A DNA stretch of 37,415 nt from a virus: the IMG/VR virus record IMGVR_UViG_3300009839_000001, one strand, 5' to 3'. The notes under the pieces are model-generated. The model was not told the origin of the DNA, ran no database searches, and saw only the letters and a list, made by a program, of their open reading frames with translations. Positions 23,685 through 33,125 of this stretch are shown here, one piece after another; the stretch's first letter is position 1; the number at the start of each line of letters is the position of its first letter. Position numbers and translations under genes: made by a program.

Positions 23685-25634
23685 TCAATAGCCGATAGCG
23701 CTGAATTCGATCACGTCACCGGCAGTGATAGCGACGGCAACCGTAAGCGTGCAGCTCGTCGTCGATGCAGATGTGCCGATAATGATGTCGAGAGGATGGG
23801 TGATGTCGGAAGCGTCGCAGTGCCAGCCATGAGGCGCCGTTGCCAAATTGCCCATCGTGATCACGGTCGAGCCTGAAGTGACGGTGGCTGTGGTGAACTT
23901 GCCTGCGGTCGCACCCCCGACCAGAGTGGTTTCATCCAACCCGCCGCTTGACGTGAAAGCTATTCCGCCGGCGATGGTCGTCGAGTAAGTGAGCCAGCCC
24001 GTATTGCCGGTGCCCGTGGCTTTCAGCCACATCGTTCCACCGGCCGCTCCATCTTGCTGTGCGTAAAAGGAACCGACCGCTGCAGCGAGCACACCGTTTG
24101 GGGAGCCTGTGCCCGAGTACCAGCCGTCTTTGAGCGTGTATGGAGCCGCGCCAGCAGCGGCATGTCCGATGAAAGAGTTCGCCGCAGCACTGCTCGTGAC
24201 GACGAGCGGTACCAATCCTGAGGTGACGATGCCGTAGCTGTTCGTCACGTTCGCCGTGGGTGCGGATGCATTGATCGTTGTCCAATTTGTAACGAGCGCC
24301 CCACCGGAAAAGCTCCCGGCGTCCTGCATGAAACCAATATAATTCGTAACCAAAGACCCGCCCGAAAACGTCGGATTGAAACCGAGCACGCCAATCATGT
24401 TGAGGACGTATGCACCATTCACAGCGCCGTTTCTGAACTTGATTCCGTTGCTCTGCCCGACTTCGACCGCGACTAGCGGAGTTCCTGTCGACGTCGCAGT
24501 GCCCGTGGTGTTCGTCACACTGATGGTTGTCGCGTTGCTGCTTACTACCGTGAAAACTCCGTTGTTTCCCGTCGCGCCACCGGTATAGCCACTGATCAGA
24601 ACTGAGTCACTGGCCCAGCCGTTCGACGCGACTAAACCAGGTTGGGAAGATGTGAAAGTGTAGACCCAAGTGTTGCCGCTGGGATTGGTGGGGGCGACTG
24701 AGGCATTGATGGTGATCGTGCCCGAGACCTGAGCAAAGAATTCCGCCGCCTCCGTCTGCCCGATATTCGGAGCGGTGTAAGCGTTTCCCGTGATGGCTTC
24801 ATTGACCTGAAAGCCGTCATAGTTAGCCCCGGTACCTTGCGACGCATCGCTTTCTAGATAGATATTCAGGCCCTTTCGAAGATTGTTCTGAGTAGAACTA
24901 CCGATATTCTGCAAAACGAAGCTATTAAAGATGGCGGTGCATCCCGCATCGGTCGCAACATAACTAGTCAGTGAACTACAAGGCGATTGCCACACATTGA
25001 GTCCGCCAAGCGTAGAAGTTGTAATTGTCTGCACTGTCGATGGGGTAAGCGAAACGGTGCCGCTCGATGGAGCACTGGTACTCAAATCCGCGACGAATGC
25101 ACCGTTCTGGCGCAAGATCAGATGTGAGGAATTCGAGCTCTGCACTTCGTTCTGCAGCGTCAGATTCAAGCCGGAGAGATTGACCGGGTTCACAGTGTAC
25201 GCGCTCGTGGAGTTCGACTGATCGCTCACGATGGTGCCTGGGGCCTGTGCCGTGGCCACGGCGCATGCACAGGCCCCGGAGGGCTGCAGAGGTGTCAACG
25301 TTTTCAGAAGATCGAAGGTGAGTCCGCCGATCGGGACCTGAGGTGTCACCGTCACATAATTCGTGACGCTGAGAGTGCTCGGCGCCTGACTCGCAACGAA
25401 CGGGCCAGCCAGGGCAGACTGCCCGACGAGATAGTTGACGACAACCCAATAGTAGATCGTCTGCGGTCCATTCCCTACCGTGCCCACGGTCGCGACCGTC
25501 GCCCCGTATGCCGGCGCCGGATTGAGGGTGAAGACCGGCATCGTGATCTGTTCGGTGTTGATCGGATTGGTTTGTGCGATCGTGGCGATCGAGAGAGCGA
25601 GTGTCAAGAGAAAACTTGCAAGAGTTTTTTTCAT
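23685..25634 (-). CDS. Secreted spike/adhesin-like protein, paralog A (649 aa)
   Basis: ATG 25634 follows GGAGGT. Signal-like MKKTLASFLLTLALSIATIAQ. The N-terminal ~190 aa is homologous to 25651-27057. Thr/Ser/Gly-rich with almost no charged residues. Ends ..IEFSAIGY. Confidence 0.6.
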   Translation of the reverse strand: MKKTLASFLLTLALSIATIAQTNPINTEQITMPVFTLNPAPAYGATVATVGTVGNGPQTIYYWVVVNYLVGQSALAGPFVASQAPSTLSVTNYVTVTPQVPIGGLTFDLLKTLTPLQPSGACACAVATAQAPGTIVSDQSNSTSAYTVNPVNLSGLNLTLQNEVQSSNSSHLILRQNGAFVADLSTSAPSSGTVSLTPSTVQTITTSTLGGLNVWQSPCSSLTSYVATDAGCTAIFNSFVLQNIGSSTQNNLRKGLNIYLESDASQGTGANYDGFQVNEAITGNAYTAPNIGQTEAAEFFAQVSGTITINASVAPTNPSGNTWVYTFTSSQPGLVASNGWASDSVLISGYTGGATGNNGVFTVVSSNATTISVTNTTGTATSTGTPLVAVEVGQSNGIKFRNGAVNGAYVLNMIGVLGFNPTFSGGSLVTNYIGFMQDAGSFSGGALVTNWTTINASAPTANVTNSYGIVTSGLVPLVVTSSAAANSFIGHAAAGAAPYTLKDGWYSGTGSPNGVLAAAVGSFYAQQDGAAGGTMWLKATGTGNTGWLTYSTTIAGGIAFTSSGGLDETTLVGGATAGKFTTATVTSGSTVITMGNLATAPHGWHCDASDITHPLDIIIGTSASTTSCTLTVAVAITAGDVIEFSAIGY

Positions 25635-25650
25635 CGAAATAACCTCCAAA

Positions 25651-27057
25651 TTAGTCACCGATCGCGATCCATCTCACGTTGACCGGATCGTTGATGATGG
25701 CACCAGCTTGGGCGGAAATTGTCACGGTGAATACATGCGTGGATAGAGTGTTAAACGTAGCCCATCCCCACTGATTTCCGCTTGCGTCAGTCGCAGCATC
25801 CAAACTTCCGGTGATCGTGAAGACTGCGGTCGGGAAAGTTAATGGAAAGCTGGCGGTAAGCGATGCCGTCGAGGATCCAGTTGAGAATGTTCCTATAGTT
25901 CCCCACTCGATGATAGTGCTACCGATCGTCAGTGATCCGCTCGCCGCGGTTAAACAGCCGGAAGTCGTCGCGCCGTGATTCGCGTCGGTGCAGAGGGGTA
26001 AAGATATTCCGGAACCGATCGTTCCAGCGGTTAGCACTGCCGGATCCGTGCCCTGCGTCGTGGAATAGCTTGGAGCGCCAGGAGATCCGGTGAGATTTGC
26101 GAAGACAGAATTTGCCGGCGCATTCGAAAGAAGGAAACTGAGCGCCGGTGTCGTCGTCGGAGTCGCAACGCTCGTCGTGAAGAGCGGTGACAAAGTACCT
26201 GCACTGAAACTGCTCACCGTATTAGAGCAACCTACTGTTGTCGCTCCGCCTGTGGCATCTCGGCAAAAAACATTTCCCTTACCGCCGCTGCCATCAGCGC
26301 TCAGCACCGCGGTATCCGTGCCCTGCGTCGTGGTATAGCTCGGAGGGGCAGGAGATCCGGTGAGATTCGCGAACACAGAATTCGCCGGCGCATTCGAAAG
26401 AACGAAACTCAACGCGGGCGTCGTCGTCGGAGTCGCAACGTTCGTCGTGAACAGTGGCGAGAGAGTCCCGGCACTGAAAGTCGTGAGCGTTCCAGTGATA
26501 CTCAGATCTCGAACGAAGACACCATTCTGCCGCAAGATCAGATGGGAGACGCCGGCGCTCTGGCCTTCGTTCTGCAGCGTCATGTTCAGTCCGGAAAGGT
26601 TGACGGGATTGACGGTGTAAGGGCTCGTCGAATTCGATTGATCGTTCGTGACGGTGCCAGGCGCGACACCTGTTGCCACGGCACAAGCGCATGCGCCACT
26701 CGGTGCGATCGGCGTAGACGTTTTCAAAACGTCGTACGAAGCGGGGAAGGCGGGAAACGTGGGATTGATCGTGACGAAGTTCGAAACCGACAGCACATTC
26801 GGCGCATTGCTAATCGGAAACGGTCCGGCCAGATTCGCACTGCCCACGAGGTAATTTGCCGAAATCCAGTAATAGATCGTTTGCGGTCCAGGATTTCCGC
26901 TGAGCGCGATCGTGGCACCAGAAGCCGGTGCCGGATTCAACGTGAACACCGGCAAAGTGATCTGCTGAGTTGTGACTGGATTCGCCGGTACCTGCTGTGC
27001 AATCGCAACTGCGACTAAGCTTGCAAAGACCAGGAAGCCGATAGTGAGTTTTCGCAT
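25651..27057 (-). CDS. Secreted spike/adhesin-like protein, paralog B (468 aa)
   Basis: ATG 27057. MRKLTIGFLVFASLVAVAIAQ. Shares PVFTLNPAPA..GPQTIYYW..PSGACACAVAT..DQSNSTS.YTVNPVNLSGLN.TLQNE..SHLILRQNG.FV.DLS with paralog A. Ends ..VRWIAIGD. Confidence 0.6.
   Translation of the reverse strand: MRKLTIGFLVFASLVAVAIAQQVPANPVTTQQITLPVFTLNPAPASGATIALSGNPGPQTIYYWISANYLVGSANLAGPFPISNAPNVLSVSNFVTINPTFPAFPASYDVLKTSTPIAPSGACACAVATGVAPGTVTNDQSNSTSPYTVNPVNLSGLNMTLQNEGQSAGVSHLILRQNGVFVRDLSITGTLTTFSAGTLSPLFTTNVATPTTTPALSFVLSNAPANSVFANLTGSPAPPSYTTTQGTDTAVLSADGSGGKGNVFCRDATGGATTVGCSNTVSSFSAGTLSPLFTTSVATPTTTPALSFLLSNAPANSVFANLTGSPGAPSYSTTQGTDPAVLTAGTIGSGISLPLCTDANHGATTSGCLTAASGSLTIGSTIIEWGTIGTFSTGSSTASLTASFPLTFPTAVFTITGSLDAATDASGNQWGWATFNTLSTHVFTVTISAQAGAIINDPVNVRWIAIGD
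25939..26478. repeat. Intragenic tandem duplication, 2 x ~270 bp (90 aa)
   Basis: Protein segments FSAGTLSPLFTT(N/S)VATPTTTPALSF(V/L)LSNAPANSVFANLTGSP..PSY.TTQGTD.AVL occur at aa 194 and aa 284. They are mirrored by the look-alike shadow ORFs 26090-26338 and 26360-26620. Confidence 0.85.
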
Positions 27058-27065
27058 GTTACACC

Positions 27066-27356
27066 TCAGTGTTTCAAAACCATTCTCAGTAACTCGATCA
27101 CGACGACACCGAGAAACGATGCCGCTGCGCTCGTCGCCCACAACTTCAATTTGATTGAACTCCTACTCCGTTCGAGCGCGCGGATCTTCTCGTGCGCCTG
27201 GTGGACGTCGAACTCTGCTTTTCCTGCCTTCTCTTCCACACGAGTGCGGAGCAGAGCGAGATCGACGGTTCGTTCCTTCCCTTCCCGCTCGAGCCGGTCG
27301 ATCTCCCGTAAAACAAAAAGCCGTTCCTCGCGCCACTCGCCCGAAGTGTCAACCAT
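27066..27356 (-). CDS. Coiled-coil tail-anchored membrane protein (holin/spanin-like role possible)
   Basis: 96 aa. Charged helical N-terminal part. C-terminus AAASFLGVVVIELLRMVLKH. Confidence 0.55.
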   Translation of the reverse strand: MVDTSGEWREERLFVLREIDRLEREGKERTVDLALLRTRVEEKAGKAEFDVHQAHEKIRALERSRSSIKLKLWATSAAASFLGVVVIELLRMVLKH

Positions 27357-27744
27357 GACTCTCGACCAACAATCCGCCGGAAAGGTAATCTCCCGAACTA
27401 TCCGTCACCGGGAATGCCAGCAACCACAAGTGCGGCCGGATCGCCACATTCGCATAGACATGAGCTGCATGCAATCGAGCGAGATTGTGATCGATCAGCT
27501 TCAAATCAGAATCGATCAGTGGCCGATCGAGTAACTCGGGAATAGTTTTGCCAAGTGCCTGCCCGCGGTGCTTCTTAAAAAGCGTTTCAGCTCTGGAGTT
27601 GAGATAGATCACACGCCCGGTTGCATCCTTGAGAAAACCGGGCACCGGGAGCAATGCTAGAAACGAGCGGATAAGCTGCAGATTGCCGTTTGCCATGGCC
27701 ATGTTCTCTTCGATCTCTTCTGCCGGTACATGTTCCCATTGCAC
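27349..27744 (-). CDS. Stand-alone PAS-domain protein
   Basis: LLPVPGFLKDATGRVIYLNSRAETLFKKHRGQALGKTIPELL...DHNLA...LLAFPVTDSSGDYLSGGLLVE follows the PAS-fold sequence pattern. Confidence 0.6.
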   Translation of the reverse strand: MQWEHVPAEEIEENMAMANGNLQLIRSFLALLPVPGFLKDATGRVIYLNSRAETLFKKHRGQALGKTIPELLDRPLIDSDLKLIDHNLARLHAAHVYANVAIRPHLWLLAFPVTDSSGDYLSGGLLVESHG

Positions 27745-27757
27745 GTTCTGCTCTTTC

Positions 27758-28591
27758 TCAAAACGTCTGATAGACGGGTGCGAGCGCCACGCTCACATAG
27801 GCATTGGTCGTCGTCGTGTTCGTGAAACACAACGAATTTCCGGTCGTTCCTGAGAACAAAGCGCCGACGCCGCTCCCCTGAGATAGATCCGGGAGTGTGC
27901 CCGCATAAATATCAATGACCCACACAGCCACAAGCCCGGTACAGGAACTGGGAGAAGTGCTCGACTGGAACTCGATGAAACCAGATGAGGGAGCCGCTCC
28001 GAAACTGACGATATATGAACAAACACGAATCGTGCTGTTCGAGACTCCCCCGAAAAGCTGAAGCGTGGTACCGGCATTAACCGGGAACTGCGCTGATTGA
28101 TTACACACCGTAGGTGCGGTCGCTCCAATTCCTGATTGTCCAGTTGGTGAGAATGAGATGGGACCGGAAGAAGCGTTGTAAGTGGCCACGATCGTATTAA
28201 TCGATGCGGTCATCACGGAACGAATATTTTGATAGTACCCACCTGCCTGCAAAATCGCACACCCTGAGAGTGGCGTAGCGATATAGCTCGAAAATGCGAT
28301 CGGAATCCAGTTTGTTGCCCCGTCGTAACTCTCCTCGATATCCACAGTTCCGGTGAAATTTCCACCTGACGAACAGTAGGAAAGCCAGTGGGCGGACTGG
28401 CCTACATTGTTGAAGATCTGTGAAACGCCGGCGGTGTAGACGGCTTTCTGCGAGACCGTGAATGTGCCCGTCGTGCCGGCGTTCTGCGCGAAGACCGGCG
28501 CCGGACTAAATTCGCGCATGACACCCGCACCAATGGCGAGCGCGCACGTTAGAGCGACGCAAATCCAGAAACCCTTGAGAGAAGCTTTCAT
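27758..28591 (-). CDS. Secreted beta-rich structural protein
   Basis: Start set at ATG 28591 (ATGA overlap with the upstream stop): MKASLKGFWICVALTCALAIGAGV, then a Thr/Ser/Gly-rich body. Confidence 0.55.
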   Translation of the reverse strand: MKASLKGFWICVALTCALAIGAGVMREFSPAPVFAQNAGTTGTFTVSQKAVYTAGVSQIFNNVGQSAHWLSYCSSGGNFTGTVDIEESYDGATNWIPIAFSSYIATPLSGCAILQAGGYYQNIRSVMTASINTIVATYNASSGPISFSPTGQSGIGATAPTVCNQSAQFPVNAGTTLQLFGGVSNSTIRVCSYIVSFGAAPSSGFIEFQSSTSPSSCTGLVAVWVIDIYAGTLPDLSQGSGVGALFSGTTGNSLCFTNTTTTNAYVSVALAPVYQTF

Positions 28592-29256
28592 TGGAGAACT
28601 CCCTTGCCCGAGGTATTCGTTGCCTGGATCAGTGGATAAGTCCATCCGTGGAATCGCGCCGCAGTTCTCGTGCCCACCGGCATCGGAGGTTGCGCGGCCG
28701 GTACTTCGGCCGTGACCTGCACGATATCTCGCTCATGGAGACGGAAGACGAAATCGTTCGGTTGCGCATAGGTTGCGACCTGGGAAGTCAGATCGTTCAA
28801 TCCATCGATCCCGCCGCCATTGATCAGCACGCGCCAGATCACATTGCCGGTCCCATCAGGCGGATTCCCGCCCACGTGGACGATCGCTAGTTTGGTGATC
28901 ACTGCGAGCTGCCCTGCTGGCACGACGTACTCGATCACGTCGATCGGTCCGGCGCCGGGCGCGGGATATGCGGGGAACGGATTCGGCGTGATGATAAAGG
29001 GGAGGGAATCTGCCGGAGGATTGAAAAGCGAGATAGCGCGGTTCATGAACGATGGACCGGAGAGTGCCGTCTTCACTCGCGACGACATGGAAAGTTTTTG
29101 GGCATCAGTCCAGGGCTGGCCAGCAATGTTCGGATTCGCCCACGAAGACACCGGCGGAGGTGAGGGTGAGCACACACTCACTCCGTTCTGCACTACGCAC
29201 GTGTCACCGAGACGCAACCGCGGAGGAACATAGGACAAAACTCTTCGCATCGTCAT
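28588..29256 (-). CDS. Structural protein carrying the family N-terminal tag (no C-terminal anchor)
   Basis: MTMRRVLSYVPPRLRLGDTCVV parallels MSYLVVPSSLGDTCTI of 2573-3439. Beta-rich C-terminal half. ATGA overlap with the M15 gene. Confidence 0.6.
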   Translation of the reverse strand: MTMRRVLSYVPPRLRLGDTCVVQNGVSVCSPSPPPVSSWANPNIAGQPWTDAQKLSMSSRVKTALSGPSFMNRAISLFNPPADSLPFIITPNPFPAYPAPGAGPIDVIEYVVPAGQLAVITKLAIVHVGGNPPDGTGNVIWRVLINGGGIDGLNDLTSQVATYAQPNDFVFRLHERDIVQVTAEVPAAQPPMPVGTRTAARFHGWTYPLIQATNTSGKGVLQ

Positions 29257-29663
29257 GACATCTGCACCAGGCCCGACTGCTCGATTCCGACGTACTCATC
29301 TTTGACGCGAGCCCACCGCGCTTTCACGCCGCGAACGTCGACGTGGATAAAATTGCTGTCGTACACTCCGATCCCGCCATTCGCGAAGGCGGGAATCTTG
29401 AGCGCGAGATCGTACATTGCCTGCACGCCCAGCGGTGGGATCCGAATGTCGGCCGCGGTTCCTTCGAGGTGCTGGCTTCCACTGACGCCACCCACGGCCT
29501 TGTTATGGTCGGGACACCGGTACCCGGCATCGATAATGATCGCGAGGCCTGCAAGAGTCCGGAGATCCTCAAGCGCCGAGACGAGCTCTCCCGAGATCTT
29601 CGTGCGACCGCAGTCCTTGCATGCAAACTCGCTCGCGTCGAAATGTGGGCTAAGATCTCCCAT
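29253..29663 (-). CDS. Peptidase M15A-family zinc peptidoglycan peptidase (endolysin-like)
   Basis: HFDASEFACKDCG..., IIIDAGYRCPDHNKAVGGVSGSQHLEGTAADI, GGIGVYDSNFIHVDVRG (H..D..H metal-ligand pattern). Confidence 0.85.
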   Translation of the reverse strand: MGDLSPHFDASEFACKDCGRTKISGELVSALEDLRTLAGLAIIIDAGYRCPDHNKAVGGVSGSQHLEGTAADIRIPPLGVQAMYDLALKIPAFANGGIGVYDSNFIHVDVRGVKARWARVKDEYVGIEQSGLVQMS

Positions 29664-29828
29664 TTAATCGTCACCCCCGCCGAAGAGTGATTCACCGATC
29701 GCGTTTCCGAGACCGTTCAGCATTTGCTTCCACCATGGCGCTTTGCCCTTGCACTTACAGTCCGGGCACCGTGCGGTTCCGTGGAACCGGTGCGGGCAGA
29801 ACTGACACAATGTTGGCTGATCGCCCAT
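29664..29828 (-). CDS. 54-aa Cys-rich zinc-ribbon-like protein (below the ORF-track cutoff)
   Basis: Hand-translated: MGDQPTLCQFCPHRFHGTARCPDCKCKGKAPWWKQMLNGLGNAIGESLFGGGDD. It fills the gap exactly: TAA-ta-ATG upstream, and its TAA abuts the M15 ATG. Confidence 0.6.
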   Translation of the reverse strand: MGDQPTLCQFCPHRFHGTARCPDCKCKGKAPWWKQMLNGLGNAIGESLFGGGDD

Positions 29829-29830
29829 TA

Positions 29831-30382
29831 TTATTCGAACTCTCCACCGTAGAGAACTACCTGCACGTTCGAATTCTCATCACCCGGGTTCGCCTGATTG
29901 TTCGAAAGGTTGGAAACCTGGCAAGTGAGCTCGTCACCGCGGATGACCATGTACGGTGAGCGCAGAAGTGCCAGGCGCGCACCGCTCCCGAGGATCTCCC
30001 CGTCGTTGACCGCTTTGTTAAAAAATTGCCGTTGCACGCCGTTGTGGGAATGCAGGAGCTGGAAGTTGTAGCCGACATACGGAGCGCTGAGATCCGAACT
30101 GACGCCGGCAACTCCCCAGATCAGTAAAGGTTTCTCGACGACGAGAGTGAGCTTCGCCGTCGCGAGCGGACCGAGAGAGACGGATCCCTGATCGAATCCG
30201 AAATCAAAGACCAGAGCTTTGAAGTCGAGACCTTTCGCCGGCAGATCGCGGAGCTTCGGAAGATACAAAAGATTGAGCAATCCGTGCTGGCCGAAAAAGT
30301 AGGGAGAGATCCGCGCAATGTGCGGACTCTCTTTGACGGAGTGTTCTCCTACCCAACTGTTGCCGCTCACGATCTCTCCCAT
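29831..30382 (-). CDS. Beta-rich structural protein (jelly-roll/penton candidate; inference)
   Basis: 183 aa. Its C-terminal pattern is loosely parallel to 31751-32230 (..ILGSGARLALLRSPYMVIRGDELTCQVSNLS....VQVVLYGGE). Confidence 0.5.
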   Translation of the reverse strand: MGEIVSGNSWVGEHSVKESPHIARISPYFFGQHGLLNLLYLPKLRDLPAKGLDFKALVFDFGFDQGSVSLGPLATAKLTLVVEKPLLIWGVAGVSSDLSAPYVGYNFQLLHSHNGVQRQFFNKAVNDGEILGSGARLALLRSPYMVIRGDELTCQVSNLSNNQANPGDENSNVQVVLYGGEFE

Positions 30383-30465
30383 GATGGCGTTTTAACGTCG
30401 GCCGTCGCGACGGGTGTCCAGTCCACCCCGCCCGGCAAGGTTCTGCGACTGCCGGGCGTCGCTTC

Positions 30466-30834
30466 TTAACTCGTCGCCGGCGTGGCTCGTGCTGCTGCAG
30501 CCGTTGTTGCGGTTGCTGCCTTCAACTCGGGAAGAATCGCTTTGACGGCCGCGATCGCTGTCGTGTCGGCACCAGCGTCGGTGAGATTCTTTTCGAGAGC
30601 TGCCCCACCGGCATCGAGAGCGCTCGCCGATTCCTCCAGCCATGTCAGTGCGAGATCGACGAACTTTCCGGATCCTGGCACAGTGGCGTCGGCCACAGCG
30701 TCGACCAGCGGCTGAATCTTTTCCGCTTCCGGAAGAACGACGTTATCCACTTCGGAGATCGCTTTGAGAACCGCGGCTTTGACCTTGCCCGCATCCGCCA
30801 CGATCCCTTTGATGATTCCTGAGAATTTGCTCAT
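30466..30834 (-). CDS. Ala-rich helical hypothetical protein
   Basis: 122-aa ORF, tightly spaced after 30837-31505. Confidence 0.5.
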   Translation of the reverse strand: MSKFSGIIKGIVADAGKVKAAVLKAISEVDNVVLPEAEKIQPLVDAVADATVPGSGKFVDLALTWLEESASALDAGGAALEKNLTDAGADTTAIAAVKAILPELKAATATTAAAARATPATS

Positions 30835-30836
30835 GA

Positions 30837-31505
30837 CTACTTTCCTCCTGTGAAAAGCACTCGTGCGTCTGCGCCGAAAGTGAGCACGTACTCGCCGAGT
30901 TTTCTCGCGAAAGAGACGGGTTTCAAAATTTCTGCTTCGTAGTGATCGGCAACCTTCTCTCCATCGTCGAGGATCTTGTTCGCATGTCCAGACGCGTCGG
31001 CCAACTGCCCGGTCGCGAGGGACAAGTGCGCCAGGCTCAAACCGATGTTCGGATCCGCTATCGTCTTGTCGAGACTCGTCGCCGCGTTCCCGAAGTTCGT
31101 CGCTGCGAGACTCAGAGCATCCGCGGTTTCGGCGACTTCTTTCAACGTCGTCTGAGACTGCGCACTGAGAGCTGAGATCTGCGCGTCGAAGTTTGGGAGC
31201 GTTTTATCGTTCAGTTGCCGATCGAGTTTATCGACGAAGAGCCGGACGGCTCCGCCGGTCTTCGCCGCTTCCTTGCTCGCCTTCGTCCAATTGTCTTTCT
31301 CGGCTGCAGAAGCTTCGGCGAGTGTCTTCGTCGCTGCAGTCACGTTCTCTGTGGCCAGCGCAACCTCATCGAGAGTGCTTTCAACTTTCGGTAAATTGAG
31401 CCGCGTGAACCGGTCAACATCATCGACCAAACGCACCAGTGCGATGCAGAGCACGGTCACAGAGAGCAGTGCGCCGATCCCGATCGTTTGGAGAGCCGTC
31501 TTCAT
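30837..31505 (-). CDS. N-terminally anchored long helical protein
   Basis: 222 aa. TM IGIGALLSVTVLCIALV followed by Ala/Thr/Leu-rich helical repeats. Confidence 0.55.
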   Translation of the reverse strand: MKTALQTIGIGALLSVTVLCIALVRLVDDVDRFTRLNLPKVESTLDEVALATENVTAATKTLAEASAAEKDNWTKASKEAAKTGGAVRLFVDKLDRQLNDKTLPNFDAQISALSAQSQTTLKEVAETADALSLAATNFGNAATSLDKTIADPNIGLSLAHLSLATGQLADASGHANKILDDGEKVADHYEAEILKPVSFARKLGEYVLTFGADARVLFTGGK

Positions 31506-31512
31506 CGCTCCG

Positions 31513-31689
31513 TCACTTCGCCGCTGGGATCGAATCGGCTGCCTTGATTAGACCGATCCCGGTTGGAATTCCAGTCGTCAGAGCGGCAACACCGGTGCTG
31601 GTCTGCCCGTGCAAGAATGCGAGCCCGGCTCCTGCAAGCGCGCCCACGATCGTGAGCACGCCCGCCAAAGTTGTTTTCCAGTCCTTCAT
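31513..31689 (-). CDS. 58-aa membrane protein (holin-like size; trimmed from ORF 31513-31782)
   Basis: ATG 31689 is preceded by GGAAGG: MKDWKTTLAGVLTIVGALAGAGLAFLHGQTSTGVAALTTGIPTGIGLI... Confidence 0.55.
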   Translation of the reverse strand: MKDWKTTLAGVLTIVGALAGAGLAFLHGQTSTGVAALTTGIPTGIGLIKAADSIPAAK

Positions 31690-31750
31690 TGCAACCTTCC
31701 GATCACGCTTCGTGTGGAACACACACAAATTTGTTGTGTGTGTTCCCAGA

Positions 31751-32230
31751 TTAGCTTGCGCTGCCGTCGTCGAGCTCGACACCGATAAAGTTCAGACGGA
31801 TCGTGTTCGGGTTGCCGCTGATGTCGGTGAAGTCGGCCAGGATCGATCCGCGGCGCTCGAAGACGAACGGCGTGAGCAGTGGGAAAGGATTCTGTGCAGT
31901 TCCCATAATGTTCGAACTGTGAACCTGCTGGTTTGAAAACGGCCGTTTGTTCCGAGAGTCTTTGATCAGCACCGTGAAGGCCCCGGTCGAGATTCCTGCG
32001 AGGAGCATCCACCGGAAAGAGCGATCGAGGATCTGAACCGAGAAATTGTTTGATTGCCCACCGCCGGCGAGCACGAGCGGACCCATCTCGTAGCTGAAGA
32101 ACAATCCGGGATCGAACTTCTCTCCGGATCCTTCACACATGGGGCACTTCTGAACTCCGCCAGGCGTGTTGACAGCGCCTTGGCCTGCGCAACCCGGGCA
32201 AGGTGTTCCCGTCTTTTGTGCCATCGCCAA
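31751..32230 (-). CDS. Zinc-finger (2 x CxxCxGxG) plus beta-rich domain structural protein
   Basis: CPGCAGQG and CPMCEGSG at the N-terminus. The C-terminal FSVQILDRSFRW...PFPLLTPFVFERRGSILADFTDISG..IRLNFIGVE resembles a jelly-roll pattern (inference). Confidence 0.55.
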   Translation of the reverse strand: MAMAQKTGTPCPGCAGQGAVNTPGGVQKCPMCEGSGEKFDPGLFFSYEMGPLVLAGGGQSNNFSVQILDRSFRWMLLAGISTGAFTVLIKDSRNKRPFSNQQVHSSNIMGTAQNPFPLLTPFVFERRGSILADFTDISGNPNTIRLNFIGVELDDGSAS

Positions 32231-32323
32231 ACCTCTTTCGCGAGAAACTCCGTCACTCTCCGCTCGTCCTTCACCAAGACGAGCGGAGAGCTCCGGGTTT
32301 GTTGAACACCGTCGCAGTGCGCT

Positions 32324-33046
32324 TTACTGCACGCCGCGGTATAGTTCGCCGTCCAGGATCACGTACACGGTCGTTCCGACGCCGTTCGGACGCGAAGCAG
32401 CCGCCGAGAAGTTGAATGCAGTCTCCGGGTTCAGCGTGAAGCTGAAACCTTCGCCGCCTTCAATTACGATGGGCTGATTGAGCGTAAAAACGGACCGGGG
32501 ATCGGGTACGCCGTTGCTGGTCGAAACAAACTGCACGTCACCAACGGCCACGGTGCCGAGCTCGGCTGCCGAGTAGGCAATCGCGCCACGGCCGGCGGTC
32601 AGGTTCAGTGCCGGGCACTCGAGCATCGGCTTTTTGCCGACAGTCAGGGTGCACGAAACGTTCTGCAGGAAGTTCACCAGGTCCACGGGCGCGGTATTGT
32701 TGGCGAAGAACAGGGCAATGGCGCGGATAACCAGCTTCTGCGGTTGCTCGAGCTGGCCGGCCTTCGTCATGTACGTCTGTGCCAGTGTCTTTCCGCCCTG
32801 CCCAATGGGAGTTTGGAAAAGCACCGTTTTCGCCATCGCAGCCGCCTGCGCGAAGCTCACGGAGTCATAAACGGGTTGGTTGATGACTTCCATCAGATTC
32901 GCCACGAGCGGGTTTTTGCCGGATACCTTCGGCATGCGACCAAAGTTGAGCGGTGCCAGGAGCGAGGGATCGAATCCCTCTCCCCGGACTGCTCGCCCGA
33001 GCTGCGCGTATCGATCAAACCTTTCGATCTGTAAACGAGAAATCAT
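32324..33046 (-). CDS. Putative major capsid protein (beta-rich; inference only)
   Basis: 240 aa from ATG 33046 (GTG 33058 is also possible). Alternating beta-strand-like pattern: LFQTPIGQGGKTLAQTYMTKAGQLEQPQKLVIRAIALFF...VYVILDGELYRGV. Placement is central in the late arm. Confidence 0.35.
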   Translation of the reverse strand: MISRLQIERFDRYAQLGRAVRGEGFDPSLLAPLNFGRMPKVSGKNPLVANLMEVINQPVYDSVSFAQAAAMAKTVLFQTPIGQGGKTLAQTYMTKAGQLEQPQKLVIRAIALFFANNTAPVDLVNFLQNVSCTLTVGKKPMLECPALNLTAGRGAIAYSAAELGTVAVGDVQFVSTSNGVPDPRSVFTLNQPIVIEGGEGFSFTLNPETAFNFSAAASRPNGVGTTVYVILDGELYRGVQ

Positions 33047-33125
33047 TGTGAATCGCACCTGCTTTCTGGAGAAAATTTGTGCCGCGGAACCTCTCCGGAG
33101 ATCCGCGGGCTAAACTTTCGTCGAG

